Assembly: GCA_964291235.2 (NCBI GenBank)
Contig: OZ219816.1
Location: 96,001 to 160,000, forward strand
Length of the DNA: 64,000 nucleotides
Source: Vicinamibacteria bacterium
GTDB taxonomy: Bacteria; Acidobacteriota; Vicinamibacteria; Marinacidobacterales; Marinacidobacteraceae
Reading direction: 5' to 3'
Under the pieces are notes generated by a model. It ran no database searches. It was not told where the DNA came from and worked only from the letters and a program-made list of their open reading frames with translations. Positions within the stretch are counted from its first letter, which is position 1, and every line of letters begins with the position of its first letter. The translations under genes and the position numbers were made by a program. Of this stretch, positions 1 through 9,541 are shown piece after piece.

Positions 1-1
1 G

Positions 2-379
2 ATCCGACCCCGGCTGAGCTGCGTGGTCTTCGGGACCCTGCACCGGAATCGGGGAGGCCCGGTGCGTTCGCTGGTGGTCGGAGCCTACGGGCCGGAGGGA
101 CCCGTATGGCTCGGAAACGTGGGCAGCGGGCTCGACGCCGCGACCCGGGCGGAACTGGCGGAGCACCTCGCGAGCCTCGAATGCCCGGCCCCACCCGGCT
201 TCGATGCAACCGGCGACGGGTACATCCGCTACGTGCGCCCGCTGCTGGTGGCGTCAATCGAGTACCTGGAGCTGACTCCGGGAGGGCACCTCCGCCATCC
301 CGCGTTCGTGGGATTCGAGGATCGGAACCCGCTTTCCTGCCGGGCTCCGCTCAGATCACGTCCAGCAGATCGCGGATGA
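2..379 (+). CDS. ATP-dependent DNA ligase C-terminal OB domain (LigD/LigC-like), 5'-partial
   Basis: Frame is open from the window edge. SLVVGAY...LGNVGSG...VRPLLVASIEYLELTPGGHLRHPAFVG matches the LigD/LigC OB-fold pattern. Confidence 0.8.
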   Translation: MRPRLSCVVFGTLHRNRGGPVRSLVVGAYGPEGPVWLGNVGSGLDAATRAELAEHLASLECPAPPGFDATGDGYIRYVRPLLVASIEYLELTPGGHLRHPAFVGFEDRNPLSCRAPLRSRPADRG

Positions 380-1103
380 TGCGGGCCGTCAGGCCCCAGA
401 TGTCGTAGCTCTGGTAGCGGTAGCGAAAGACGACCCGCGAAACACGGGATGCACCGCTCCGAACCTCTACCCCCCGCTGAATCTCGGTGGTCTCGGCGCC
501 GGGCTGCAAGAGCGCGGTGAGCGGGGCCTCGAAGATCACATCCACTTCGGGGCCGGCTCGCAGCCCGGCTGCGGCCGGGATCACCGCCACGAAGGGGATC
601 AATCGAAACCCCTGCACGGTGAGGCGATCGTCAAGCCTGCCCAGGACCCGCACCCCCGCGGGGTCGAGCCCGATTTCCTCCCGCGCTTCCCGCAGGGCGG
701 CCGCCAGCTCGGACGCGTCTTCCGGATCGATCATTCCTCCAGGAAACGCGATGTCTCCCGGTTGACGACGGAGACCCGCGGCGCGCCGGGTCAGGACCAG
801 GCCGTAGCCGCCGTGCAGCGGGACCAGCGGCACGAGCACCGCGGCGCCGCGCCGGGCGCCGGGGAGACGCCTCGGAGAACGGAGCGCCAGCCGGGAGGCA
901 ATCCGGTCGGGAAGCGTTTCGACTTCGATTCGGGGCGGCAACTCTTGGCGTCGCAGTGTCAGGGGAGTGTCCCGGCGATGTGGTGAAATTACCGGGACAG
1001 GCTCCTCGGAGGTCAATATACTCGCGGCGTGTCCCGGCGATTTCTGACAAGAACGGTTTTCGTCCTCGGGTTTTGGCTCGTTGGGAACACCGCACTCGCT
1101 CAA
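351..1103 (-). CDS. Nudix hydrolase, CoA pyrophosphatase type (true start probably nearer ~950)
   Basis: LTRR...QPGDIAFPGG CoAse motif followed by Nudix box GGMIDPEDASELAAALREAREEIG; C-terminal IWGLTA. Confidence 0.85.
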   Translation of the reverse strand: MSECGVPNEPKPEDENRSCQKSPGHAASILTSEEPVPVISPHRRDTPLTLRRQELPPRIEVETLPDRIASRLALRSPRRLPGARRGAAVLVPLVPLHGGYGLVLTRRAAGLRRQPGDIAFPGGMIDPEDASELAAALREAREEIGLDPAGVRVLGRLDDRLTVQGFRLIPFVAVIPAAAGLRAGPEVDVIFEAPLTALLQPGAETTEIQRGVEVRSGASRVSRVVFRYRYQSYDIWGLTARIIRDLLDVI

Positions 1104-1511
1104 CCCATGGTCCAGGTCGGCTCGGGCGGAGAGTCAGGGGGCGCGAGAGAGGGATGGATTCTGGGGGTCGGCTACAACCTCGATTTTCCGGTGCTCCCTC
1201 TTGAGGTCGGCGGCCTGCTCCAGGGCGGCACGGGCATCGAGACCGAGGACGCCGGTCGTGAGTATCCGGTGCGAGCCTTCGTCACCGGGAGAATGGGGAT
1301 GCTCCCGCTTCCCGGTTTCAGCGTCTACGTGGGAGCAGGAGGGGGAGTCGCCACCAGGCTGGGCGGTGATTCCGGCGCCGGCACCGTGGCCGCCGGTATG
1401 GGTTTCGCGGGATTCGAGGTGGGGAGACTCCATCTGGAAATTCAGCTACAAAGGGAGTTCCACGAAGAACCCGTCAACCGGTGGGTAACGGCCATCGGCG
1501 TTACGTTCTGA
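1029..1511 (+). CDS. Hypothetical exported protein, probable small outer-membrane beta-barrel
   Basis: N-terminal signal peptide (..NTALA/Q), Gly-rich alternating beta-strands, C-terminal Phe (AIGVTF). Confidence 0.6.
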   Translation: MSRRFLTRTVFVLGFWLVGNTALAQPMVQVGSGGESGGAREGWILGVGYNLDFPVLPLEVGGLLQGGTGIETEDAGREYPVRAFVTGRMGMLPLPGFSVYVGAGGGVATRLGGDSGAGTVAAGMGFAGFEVGRLHLEIQLQREFHEEPVNRWVTAIGVTF

Positions 1512-2533
1512 CCGAATCCGCCACGTTTTCCGCGCCGACGCGGATTGATCTGGCGGGCGGGACCCTCGACATCTGGCCGGTCGGCCTCCTGGTGCCGAGA
1601 GCCTCGACCGTGAACGCCGCCATCAACCTCAGAGCCCGGGCGACGGTCCGTCCCGCCGGGAGGTTCCGGGTGGTGAACCGCCAGCGCGGCGTCGATCTGT
1701 CCGCCGATTCTCCGGAACCGTTCTTTCGTCACCCCTTTGCGGCCCTTGCCGGCCGGCTGATCGATTTCTTCCAGCCGTCGCGCCCCCTCGAAGTGTGCTT
1801 CGATACATCGGCCCCACCCGGCTCCGGCCTCGGCGGGTCCTCTTCCCTCGGCATGGCGATCGCCGGCGCCCTCAACCATCAGTGCGACTCCGGCTGGACG
1901 GTCCCGGACCTCGTCCGCATCGTGATGGACACCGAGGTCCGAATCCTCAGGACCGCAACGGGATCTCAGGATCAGTTCGCCGCCGGCTTCGGGGGGACGC
2001 GGGTGCATCACTGGGAAAGCCCCGAGCCGAGATCGGAGTCCCTGCCCTGGATCGATGACGGGATCGATCCGCTCGACAACCGCTTTGTCCTGGTCTTCAC
2101 CGGCGAAGCGCATTCTTCCGCCGATCCCAACGGAAGCGTGTTGGAGCGCATCTTTGCCGGCGAACCCGCCGCCGTCCGCGGCATCGAAGTGATCGCCGAA
2201 GCGGCCGCCGGGATGCGGGCCGCGCTCCTCGAGCGGGACTGGAACGGGGTCGCCGAGATGCTCGCGCTCGAGTGGGGAGCCCGGCGAACCCTGTCGGAGA
2301 TGGTGTCCACCCCGACCATCGAGCGTTTGAGTGATGCGATGCGGCAGGCGGGCGCGCGGGCGGTCAAGGCCTGCGGCGCCGGCGGCGGTGGCACGATGAT
2401 CGCCATCGCTCCACCCGAGAAACGATCCGCCGTCGTGGACGCGGCGCGACGCGCCGGCGGAGAGGTTCTGGCGACAGCGAGCGATCCGGTGGGGCTTCGG
2501 CAGGAGCCGTCGTGCCCGCGGGAGCCGTCGTGA
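1481..2533 (+). CDS. GHMP-family sugar kinase (HddA/fucokinase-like); start may be the CTG at 1508
   Basis: PTRIDLAGGTLD, PPGSGLGGSS, GSQDQ and GAGGGG motifs. Confidence 0.85.
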   Translation: MGNGHRRYVLTESATFSAPTRIDLAGGTLDIWPVGLLVPRASTVNAAINLRARATVRPAGRFRVVNRQRGVDLSADSPEPFFRHPFAALAGRLIDFFQPSRPLEVCFDTSAPPGSGLGGSSSLGMAIAGALNHQCDSGWTVPDLVRIVMDTEVRILRTATGSQDQFAAGFGGTRVHHWESPEPRSESLPWIDDGIDPLDNRFVLVFTGEAHSSADPNGSVLERIFAGEPAAVRGIEVIAEAAAGMRAALLERDWNGVAEMLALEWGARRTLSEMVSTPTIERLSDAMRQAGARAVKACGAGGGGTMIAIAPPEKRSAVVDAARRAGGEVLATASDPVGLRQEPSCPREPS

Positions 2534-2844
2534 CGGACCCCGCGGAACACGCCGTTTGCAGCCTCGCCAAGCTCAAGGCGGAATCTGCGATCGCCGTCGA
2601 TATCGGCGACGTGCGAATCGCGGTCTTCTGGTACGAGAACCGGGTCTATGCCCTGAACGAGACCTGTCCCCACCGTGGCGGTCCGCTGCACCTCGGCCGC
2701 CTGAGGCACGGCATCGTCATCTGCCCGTGGCACCTGTGGCAGTTCGATCTGGTCACGGGGTGTTCGCCCGTGAACCCGAACTCCCGGGTTCCGGTCTATC
2801 CGGTTCGGCTCGAAAACGGGATGGTGCTGGTGCAGCTTCCCTAG
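2530..2844 (+). CDS. Rieske [2Fe-2S] ferredoxin
   Basis: CPHRGGPL and CPWH ligand motifs; GTG start overlaps the upstream TGA (GTGA). Confidence 0.9.
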   Translation: MTDPAEHAVCSLAKLKAESAIAVDIGDVRIAVFWYENRVYALNETCPHRGGPLHLGRLRHGIVICPWHLWQFDLVTGCSPVNPNSRVPVYPVRLENGMVLVQLP

Positions 2845-2904
2845 CAGCCGGTGGCAAAACCCCCGCGGCCACTCTCGGCGCTTACGGGGGTTCACCACAG
2901 GCTG

Positions 2905-3744
2905 CTAGCGTCCCGCTGCCGCGCGCAGTTCCTCGTAGCGCTCGGGCGGCAACTCCGAACCGAAGCGCCTCCCGTGCTTCGACTCGTGGAAGTCCGAACC
3001 GCCACTGACCAGGAGGCCGAGCGAGTCGGCCACGCCGAGATACCGCTCGCGCTCCTCTCGATCCTGTTCGACGTGGTATGCCTCGATCGCCCGGACTCCG
3101 GTCTCACGGAGCATGGGCACGAGTCCGGATTGGTCCCGGAGGTACTTGGGGTGCGCCACCGACGTGATTCCACCGGCGGCATGGACCAGCTTCGCGGCCT
3201 CGTCAACGCCGACCTTCCACCCGTACCGCACGTGGCCAATCTGCCCGTCCCCGAGGTACTTGTCGAAGGCTTCCGCCCGGTCCCGGACTGTCCCCTTCTT
3301 CACTAGCGCGTCCGCGACGTGGGGTCGGCCGAGCGAGCGACCGGTGGACATCGCGGCAACTTCCTCGTAGAGCAGCGGCACCCCCGCGGCGGTGAGTTTC
3401 CTGCACGTCTCGGCGATCCGTTCCCGCCGACTCCCGGAGACTTCATCAAAGAACTCCGTCAGGGCCGGATCCTCGGAATCCACGAACAGACCCAGCAGGT
3501 GCACGGATTCGCGTCCCCACTGGCAACTCACCTCAACGCCAGCCACCAACTCGATTCCACAGTCCGCCGCGGCAAGCCGGGCCGCCGGGATACCCGTCAT
3601 GGTGTCGTGGTCGGTCAAAGCCAGCACGGCCACCCCATCCCCTGCCGCGGCTTCGACAGCGGCCCGGGGCGAGAGGACGCCATCGGATTCCGTGGAATGG
3701 GAGTGCAGATCGATGATCGGTGGACAGGTGGTAGTGCTGGTCAT
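2905..3744 (-). CDS. PHP-domain phosphoesterase (TrpH/YciV-like)
   Basis: DLHSHSTESDG, LTDHD, GRPH, AHP and GGSDFH motifs. Confidence 0.9.
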   Translation of the reverse strand: MTSTTTCPPIIDLHSHSTESDGVLSPRAAVEAAAGDGVAVLALTDHDTMTGIPAARLAAADCGIELVAGVEVSCQWGRESVHLLGLFVDSEDPALTEFFDEVSGSRRERIAETCRKLTAAGVPLLYEEVAAMSTGRSLGRPHVADALVKKGTVRDRAEAFDKYLGDGQIGHVRYGWKVGVDEAAKLVHAAGGITSVAHPKYLRDQSGLVPMLRETGVRAIEAYHVEQDREERERYLGVADSLGLLVSGGSDFHESKHGRRFGSELPPERYEELRAAAGR

Positions 3745-3850
3745 TTGGAAGGGCAGGAGTCTAATCGCGGGCGCGACCGCCGCGGGCCGCTAGAATCTCC
3801 TGGATTGATCCGCTGGATCCGGGCCTGGAAACAAAAAAGGAGCGAACCGC

Positions 3851-4174
3851 ATGCTCAGCTTGACCGATGTCGCCGCTACCAAGGTCGGCGAGTTTCTCGT
3901 GCAGCACGACCGTCCGAACGCGCTCTTGCGAGTCCGCGTCGTTGGCGGAGGGTGTTCCGGCTTCCAGTACCAACTGGCTCTCGACGACGAGTCCCGGGAC
4001 GGGGACCAGATCATCGAGAAGAACGGGGTCCGACTGCTGATCGACGAACGCAGTCTTCCCTATCTCGAGGGGACCGAAATCGACTACGTCGAGGACCTCA
4101 TGGGAGCCGGATTCCGTTTCAACAATCCGAACGCGGTCTCGAGTTGCGGCTGCGGAGAGTCCTTCCAAGTCTGA
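3851..4174 (+). CDS. A-type Fe-S carrier protein (HesB/IscA/ErpA family)
   Basis: GGGCSGFQY and NPNAVSSCGCGESF. Confidence 0.95.
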   Translation: MLSLTDVAATKVGEFLVQHDRPNALLRVRVVGGGCSGFQYQLALDDESRDGDQIIEKNGVRLLIDERSLPYLEGTEIDYVEDLMGAGFRFNNPNAVSSCGCGESFQV

Positions 4175-4245
4175 TCGAGGTCTAATCGAGGTCTGATCGA
4201 GGTCGGATCCGGATCCGATCCACGTCTGATCAAGGCCTGAACGAC
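4169..4245. repeat. Degenerate 11-bp tandem array, consensus GTCTGATCGAG, 7 units
   Basis: Units GTCTGATCGAG, GTCTAATCGAG, GTCTGATCGAG, GTCGGATCCGG, ATCCGATCCAC, GTCTGATCAAG, GCCTGAACGAC. Contains the perfect palindrome TCGGATCCGGATCCGA (4203-4218). Confidence 0.85.
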
Positions 4246-4347
4246 GCCCCGGCACCCAATCCGACGGTCGGCAGGCAATCCGGCGTGAGTGCGCCGTCCG
4301 GGCAGTAAGGGCGAAACCGTGTCCCTCCGCCTCCTGGACTCCCGGTC

Positions 4348-5112
4348 GTGATCGGCGCCACGGTCGCCGTCCTGGCCGCCCGCCTCGCCGCGGGGAGCCT
4401 GCTGGCGGCAGGCATCATCCACGGCGTTCACCGGGTTCCCGACGGCTATCTCCGGCTGGTGGCGCGCGGAGCCGCGGTGGCAATGGCCCTGGGCCTCTTC
4501 GCCGGCCGCAGCCGCCCGGAAGCGCCCTTCTGGGCCCTCCTGCTGGCCGGGGCCATCCTGCTCGCCCTCGCCGTTCCCAGGCTCGGCAACCGTCCGCGGG
4601 CGCTGGCCCCGTGCATGATCGCGGTCGGAACCTTCGGAGCCCTTCTCCCGCCCCTCGGCGCCGCGGGACTCCCTGGCCTGGCGGTCGCCTCCAACCTGTC
4701 GGCGGCGGCCCTCCTCGGGGGCGTGACCGCCACCATGCTGCTCGGACATTGGTACCTGGTGGAGACCTCGCTCTCGATTCGCCCGTTGTCGGTTGGGTCC
4801 AGCCTCTTCAGTGGGGCGACCGCACTTCGCATCGGGGTTGCAACGGGAGCGCTCCTGCTGGGAGGCGCCGCCGAACTCAGGATCGCCGGTTTCTCCGATC
4901 TCATCTACTCGAACACGGCTCTCTTTTTCGGGTTTCGGTCCCTGACCGGGCTGCTCTTTCCGGCCTTCCTGACGCTCATGGTTCGGAATACGGTGCGGAT
5001 CCGGTCCACGCAATCGGCAACCGGACTACTCTACGTAGCGCTTATCCTGGTCCTGTTCGGTGAACTCACCGCGGCTTTCCTCGAGGTGGTGACCGGCGGG
5101 CGCCTGGTGTAG
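4348..5112 (+). CDS. Hypothetical polytopic membrane protein
   Basis: About 8 hydrophobic segments; conserved-looking MLLGHWYL and STQSATGLLY stretches. Confidence 0.7.
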   Translation: MIGATVAVLAARLAAGSLLAAGIIHGVHRVPDGYLRLVARGAAVAMALGLFAGRSRPEAPFWALLLAGAILLALAVPRLGNRPRALAPCMIAVGTFGALLPPLGAAGLPGLAVASNLSAAALLGGVTATMLLGHWYLVETSLSIRPLSVGSSLFSGATALRIGVATGALLLGGAAELRIAGFSDLIYSNTALFFGFRSLTGLLFPAFLTLMVRNTVRIRSTQSATGLLYVALILVLFGELTAAFLEVVTGGRLV

Positions 5113-5120
5113 CGGAGCAC

Positions 5121-6437
5121 GTGATGGATTCCCGACGCCCGACGATTCCGCCACGCGGCGTTCCCCGCCGCCGCCTCCTCGCCGGCCTTCCCGGCCTCGC
5201 GCTGCTTCCCGTCGTTCCCGTGGGGCGCCTCGCCGCCGGCGCGCCGCAGGGGTCCGTGGCCGGCGAAGACCTCCCGGACTGGGTTCGCACCGCCCGGGAA
5301 GAGGTTCCGGCGGCGACTGCCAGCCCCTACTTCCAAACCGGCGGCATCGGTCCCTCGCCGCGCTCGGTCGTCCAGGATGTGTCCGATCGCCTGGACTTCC
5401 AGAACCGGAGCCCCGCCGCCGCCGACGTCTCCGCGGTGATGGGCCGGATCGAGCCGGATCTTCGTTCGCAACTCGCGCGAGTGTTCGGCGCCGGCGAGGA
5501 CGAGGTGGCCCTCACCCATTCCACTTCGGAGGGGATCTCGATCGTCGCCTGGAGCCTCGACTGGCGTCCGGGCGACGAGGTCGTCATCTCCAATACCGAG
5601 CATCCGGCGAACGTCGTCCCCTGGTACGTGCTCCGCGACCGGTTCGGCATCGTGATCCGGGAGATCGACCTGAGCCCGGGTACCGACCTGCTCGGGGAGG
5701 TGCGGGGGCAACTCTCCTCGAGAACCCGGATCGTCAGCCTCAGCCACGTTTCCCGGAACAACGGCCGAACGATCCGCACCGAGGACTCCGCGCAGCTCGC
5801 GGAACTTCTCCGCTCCCGGGGTGTTCGCTACCACCTCGACGGCGCCCAGGGGCCGGGCTGCGTCGCGACCGATTTCGCGGCGCTGGGGTGCGACTGCTAC
5901 TCGACCTGCGGGCACAAGTGGCTTCTCGGGCCCAAGGGCACGGGGGCGCTGTTCGTGCGCCGGTCGATCCTGGACGAAGTCCAACTGAGTTGGGCGGGAG
6001 CCCACAGCCACGAAACCATGGACTACGAGGGCAACTACACCCTGCTCCCGAGCGCCGCCCGCTACGAGTTCGGGACCCGGGCGCTCGCTGATTTCCACGG
6101 CTTCGGCCGGGCCGTGCAGTGGATGGAAGACACGGGTCTGGAACGGATCCTCGACCGGATCGACGACCTCGTGGATTTCGGGATCGGGGCGGTCCATCAG
6201 ATCCCGGACCTCACCGTCGCCTCTCCCGAGGATCCCGCGGACCGGTCGGGGATCCTGGTCGTCCGCCTGCCCGAACGCTGCGATCCGATGACCCTGTATC
6301 GGGATCTCGGCCGGGAGGACGGCATCCTGGCGTCACCGGTCCGCGGCGAGCGCGACTTCCGCCTCTCCCTCCACTTCTTCAACACCCGGGACGAGATCTC
6401 CGCCGCGCTCGAGGCCATCGTCTCCCGGTGCGCCTGA
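5121..6437 (+). CDS. Class V PLP-dependent enzyme with a twin-arginine-like signal
   Basis: RRRLLAG N-terminus; STSEG, EHPAN, DGAQ, CGHKW (PLP Lys) and RYEFGT motifs. Confidence 0.9.
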   Translation: MMDSRRPTIPPRGVPRRRLLAGLPGLALLPVVPVGRLAAGAPQGSVAGEDLPDWVRTAREEVPAATASPYFQTGGIGPSPRSVVQDVSDRLDFQNRSPAAADVSAVMGRIEPDLRSQLARVFGAGEDEVALTHSTSEGISIVAWSLDWRPGDEVVISNTEHPANVVPWYVLRDRFGIVIREIDLSPGTDLLGEVRGQLSSRTRIVSLSHVSRNNGRTIRTEDSAQLAELLRSRGVRYHLDGAQGPGCVATDFAALGCDCYSTCGHKWLLGPKGTGALFVRRSILDEVQLSWAGAHSHETMDYEGNYTLLPSAARYEFGTRALADFHGFGRAVQWMEDTGLERILDRIDDLVDFGIGAVHQIPDLTVASPEDPADRSGILVVRLPERCDPMTLYRDLGREDGILASPVRGERDFRLSLHFFNTRDEISAALEAIVSRCA

Positions 6438-6480
6438 GCCCCCCTTCGGGCTCGCCGAAGCACTGACCGGAGCGGCGAGA

Positions 6481-6936
6481 TTGGGAAAGTCAGCACCCGA
6501 GGTCGGCTTCTACTGCGACGCCTGCGACCGCTACTCCAGCTGGAATCCTCCGTTTCAGCCGGAGGACGACCGGTGCCGGCACTGTGGCCACCGGAATCCG
6601 CCGGTGACGGCCGAACTCTCTCCCGCCGTCACCTTCGCGTCCTGTCCGCAGTGCGGGAATCCCGAGCTGTACCGGAAAAAAGACGTGCCCCAGCAGATCG
6701 GCTGCGCGGTCGTGCTGAGCGCGATTGCCCTCTCCACGGTCGCCTACGCGCTCTGGGACTTTCCGGGAGCCTTCGTCGTGTTCGCCTCCGTGGCACTCCT
6801 CGATTTCCTCATCTATCGCCGGTTGGGAAGCGTGACCGTGTGTTACCGCTGCCATGCCGAGTTCCGCCGGTTCCCGGAAAACCCGGAGCACGGGGACTTC
6901 GACATGCACCGCGCGGAAGAGTACGAGGCAGAGTGA
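6481..6936 (+). CDS. Hypothetical zinc-ribbon membrane protein
   Basis: Four CxxC pairs (CDAC, CRHC, CPQC, CYRC) flanking two hydrophobic helices; its stop overlaps the next GTG start. Confidence 0.7.
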   Translation: MGKSAPEVGFYCDACDRYSSWNPPFQPEDDRCRHCGHRNPPVTAELSPAVTFASCPQCGNPELYRKKDVPQQIGCAVVLSAIALSTVAYALWDFPGAFVVFASVALLDFLIYRRLGSVTVCYRCHAEFRRFPENPEHGDFDMHRAEEYEAE

Positions 6937-8105
6937 GCGTTGGCAGCCCGGGGATCCCCAAGGCCGGCAGCGATCTGACGGCGGAGTGGCTGCGTGCGGC
7001 CCTCGTTTCCGGCGGCCGACTCGACTGCCCTCCCATCCGTCATCTGGACTGCACCGCGATCGGGGAGGGAGTCGGACTGATGGCCGAAGTCCTCCGCTGC
7101 CAGATCACCTTCGCCGCGGACGACGGACTCCCCGAGAGCGTGATCGTGAAGCTTCCGAGCGACAAGCCAAGGAATCGACAGCTCGGCCGACGCTGGCGTC
7201 TGTACCACCGCGAATTCAGCTTCTATCGTCACCTGGCGTCCGCGTCCCCGCTTCGCGCTCCGGCGCTCCTCTACGGTGACTTCGACGCGCGCACCCAACG
7301 TTTCGTGCTCGTTCTCGAGGATCTCCGCGACCTGACATCAGCGGACCAGGTTCAGGGCGCCACCTCCGAGCAAGCGCGGCGGGCCGTGCGGGAGGTTGCC
7401 AGGCTCCACGGGAAGTACTGGGACCGCGCCGAAACAGAAACGGCGCCCGTTTTCCAGGAGACGCTGGCGCCGTGGCTCCGGTTGGCTCTCCAGGTCTCCT
7501 ACCTGCTGAGCCTGCCACGCTGTTTGTCCCTCCTTTCCGGCTCGTGGCCCGCAGAAATCCGGGATCTCGCGGAGGAATACGGCCTGCGGCTGGCGGACCA
7601 TTTCGACCACCTCGAGCGGGAACCGCTGACGTTCGTACACGGCGACTACCGTCTCGACAACATGTTCTTCGACGAGGATGGCCTCCGGGTGGTGGACTGG
7701 CAAAACAGCGCGGTCTCGAGCGGCCTCTACGACGTGGCCTACTTCCTCGCTGGAAGTGTTTCGACCGAGGTGCGCCGGGCGATCGAGAAGGAAGCGCTCC
7801 TCGAGTACCACGACATCGTTTGCAGCCTGGGCGCCCGGGACTTCCCGTTCGAGCGCTGCTGGCGGCTCTACCGCGAGACCCTGCTCGGGTGCCTGGTGCT
7901 GCCGGTCGTTGTCACCGGCTGGCTCGAAGAGAGCCAGGGGCGGCAACTGGAGCTCCGGGACGCTATCGCAACGCGCACCGCGAAGGCCCTCCAGGACCAG
8001 GAGGCCGGTAACCTCCTGCCTCCGCTACCGCCATTCCTGAGCCGGGCCGGCCTCCGGAGCGCCCTCCTGCGGAGCGGATACCGCGCCTACCGGGCCCTCG
8101 CCTGA
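6933..8105 (+). CDS. Phosphotransferase, APH/ecdysteroid-kinase-like family
   Basis: SVIVKLP, LVLEDL, Brenner motif HGDYRLDN and VDWQ; GTG at 6933 overlaps the upstream TGA. Confidence 0.85.
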   Translation: MSVGSPGIPKAGSDLTAEWLRAALVSGGRLDCPPIRHLDCTAIGEGVGLMAEVLRCQITFAADDGLPESVIVKLPSDKPRNRQLGRRWRLYHREFSFYRHLASASPLRAPALLYGDFDARTQRFVLVLEDLRDLTSADQVQGATSEQARRAVREVARLHGKYWDRAETETAPVFQETLAPWLRLALQVSYLLSLPRCLSLLSGSWPAEIRDLAEEYGLRLADHFDHLEREPLTFVHGDYRLDNMFFDEDGLRVVDWQNSAVSSGLYDVAYFLAGSVSTEVRRAIEKEALLEYHDIVCSLGARDFPFERCWRLYRETLLGCLVLPVVVTGWLEESQGRQLELRDAIATRTAKALQDQEAGNLLPPLPPFLSRAGLRSALLRSGYRAYRALA

Positions 8106-8141
8106 CCGCCCGGCAGATCACCATCGCCCGGAGCTGATCCG

Positions 8142-9527
8142 ATGCCACCGAGCCCGGAAGGCCGGTTCACCACCGGGTCCACCATGCGCCATGTGGTCAT
8201 CATGACCACGACGGCCTCGGTCGGGTTCCTCTTCCTCTTCCTGGTGGACTTCCTGACCCTCTTCTACGTCTCGCTGCTGCGCGACGTACGGCTCGTGGCC
8301 GGAGTCGGGCTCGCTTCCTTCGTGCAGCACCTGGTGAGCGCGGTGGCAATCGGACTCGCGGTAGCCACTACCGCGCTCGTCAGCCAGGCGCTCGGCGCGC
8401 GCAACCGGGAACTCGCGCGGAGCCGGACCACCTCCTGCCTCGCCACCTCGTTCCTGACCCTCGCCGTCATCGCCGCGGCGGTATTCGTCTTTCGCAAGGA
8501 GGCGGTCGGGCTCCTGATGGAACCCGGGCCGGCAACCGAAATCGCCAGCCGCTACCTCGCGTGGATCCTCCCTTCGTTGCCGCTCCTGGGCCTTGGTATC
8601 AGCACGGCCGCGATTCTCCGCGCCGAAGGCGATGCCCGGCGAGCCCTGATCGTGACGATCGTCGCCGGCGGGGTCGCCTTTGTGCTGGACCCGCTGGTGA
8701 TCGTGGGACTCGGTCTGGGCGTGGACGGTGCGGCCTGGGTGCTCATCTTCTCCAGGATCGTGACCGCAGCCGTGGGACTTCACTTCGTGGTGCGTGTCCA
8801 CGAGCTGGCCGCTCCGCTCCATCCGGCCGGAGTGCTGCGGGACCTCCGCGCGATCTTCGCGGTAGGCGGACCGGCGGTGCTGGCCCAGTTGTCCACACCT
8901 TCCGGGTTTCTCTTGCTGACCGCCTGGGTCGGGCGCTTCGGCGAAAGCGCCGTCGCGGGTTGGTCCGTGGTCACGCGACTGGTGGTGTTGGGCTTTTCGG
9001 GCATCATCGCGCTCGCAGTCGCCGTGGGAGGCATCTTCGGGCAGAACTACGGCGCCCGCAGGCTGGAACGCGTGGAAGCCACCTTTCGGGACAGTGTTGC
9101 CTTCGGGGTGGCGTATGCCCTGGCCGCGTGGGGGGTACTGTGGTTCGGAACGGACATCGTCGTCTGGGCGTTCGGAATGTCCGGCGAAGGCGCCCGGATC
9201 GTCCGTGCCTTTTGCCGGCTCGGGGCGGGCGGGTTCGTCCTGGCGAGCGCTGCCTACGTGGCGACGGCAGCCTTCAACAATCTGGGTCGCCCCATCTGGG
9301 GCATGATCCTCAACTGGTCGCGCGCGGGGCTCGCGGTTCCAGCGATGCTGTTCCTGCTGGTGGGCACCCTGGGCGGCCAGGCGATTGTCTTTTCACTGGG
9401 GGGGCCGGGGGTGGTGTACGCCTATGCCCTCGGCAGCAGCCTCGCGGGAGTCGTTGGCGGCTTTCTTGGGTGGCGCTTCGTGAAGGACCTGGCAGGAGAC
9501 AGGGCAACACCGGACCCGCCTGCCTAG
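8142..9527 (+). CDS. MATE family efflux transporter
   Basis: About 12 TM segments; LRAEGDARR, LDP and GQNYGA MATE signatures. Confidence 0.9.
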   Translation: MPPSPEGRFTTGSTMRHVVIMTTTASVGFLFLFLVDFLTLFYVSLLRDVRLVAGVGLASFVQHLVSAVAIGLAVATTALVSQALGARNRELARSRTTSCLATSFLTLAVIAAAVFVFRKEAVGLLMEPGPATEIASRYLAWILPSLPLLGLGISTAAILRAEGDARRALIVTIVAGGVAFVLDPLVIVGLGLGVDGAAWVLIFSRIVTAAVGLHFVVRVHELAAPLHPAGVLRDLRAIFAVGGPAVLAQLSTPSGFLLLTAWVGRFGESAVAGWSVVTRLVVLGFSGIIALAVAVGGIFGQNYGARRLERVEATFRDSVAFGVAYALAAWGVLWFGTDIVVWAFGMSGEGARIVRAFCRLGAGGFVLASAAYVATAAFNNLGRPIWGMILNWSRAGLAVPAMLFLLVGTLGGQAIVFSLGGPGVVYAYALGSSLAGVVGGFLGWRFVKDLAGDRATPDPPA

Positions 9528-9541
9528 CAGGCACCGCCGCG

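Noticed and set aside
5121-6437. Calling this gene iscS/sufS because it is near the iscA-like gene
   Set aside because: The catalytic cysteine motif is absent and a Tat-like signal is present.
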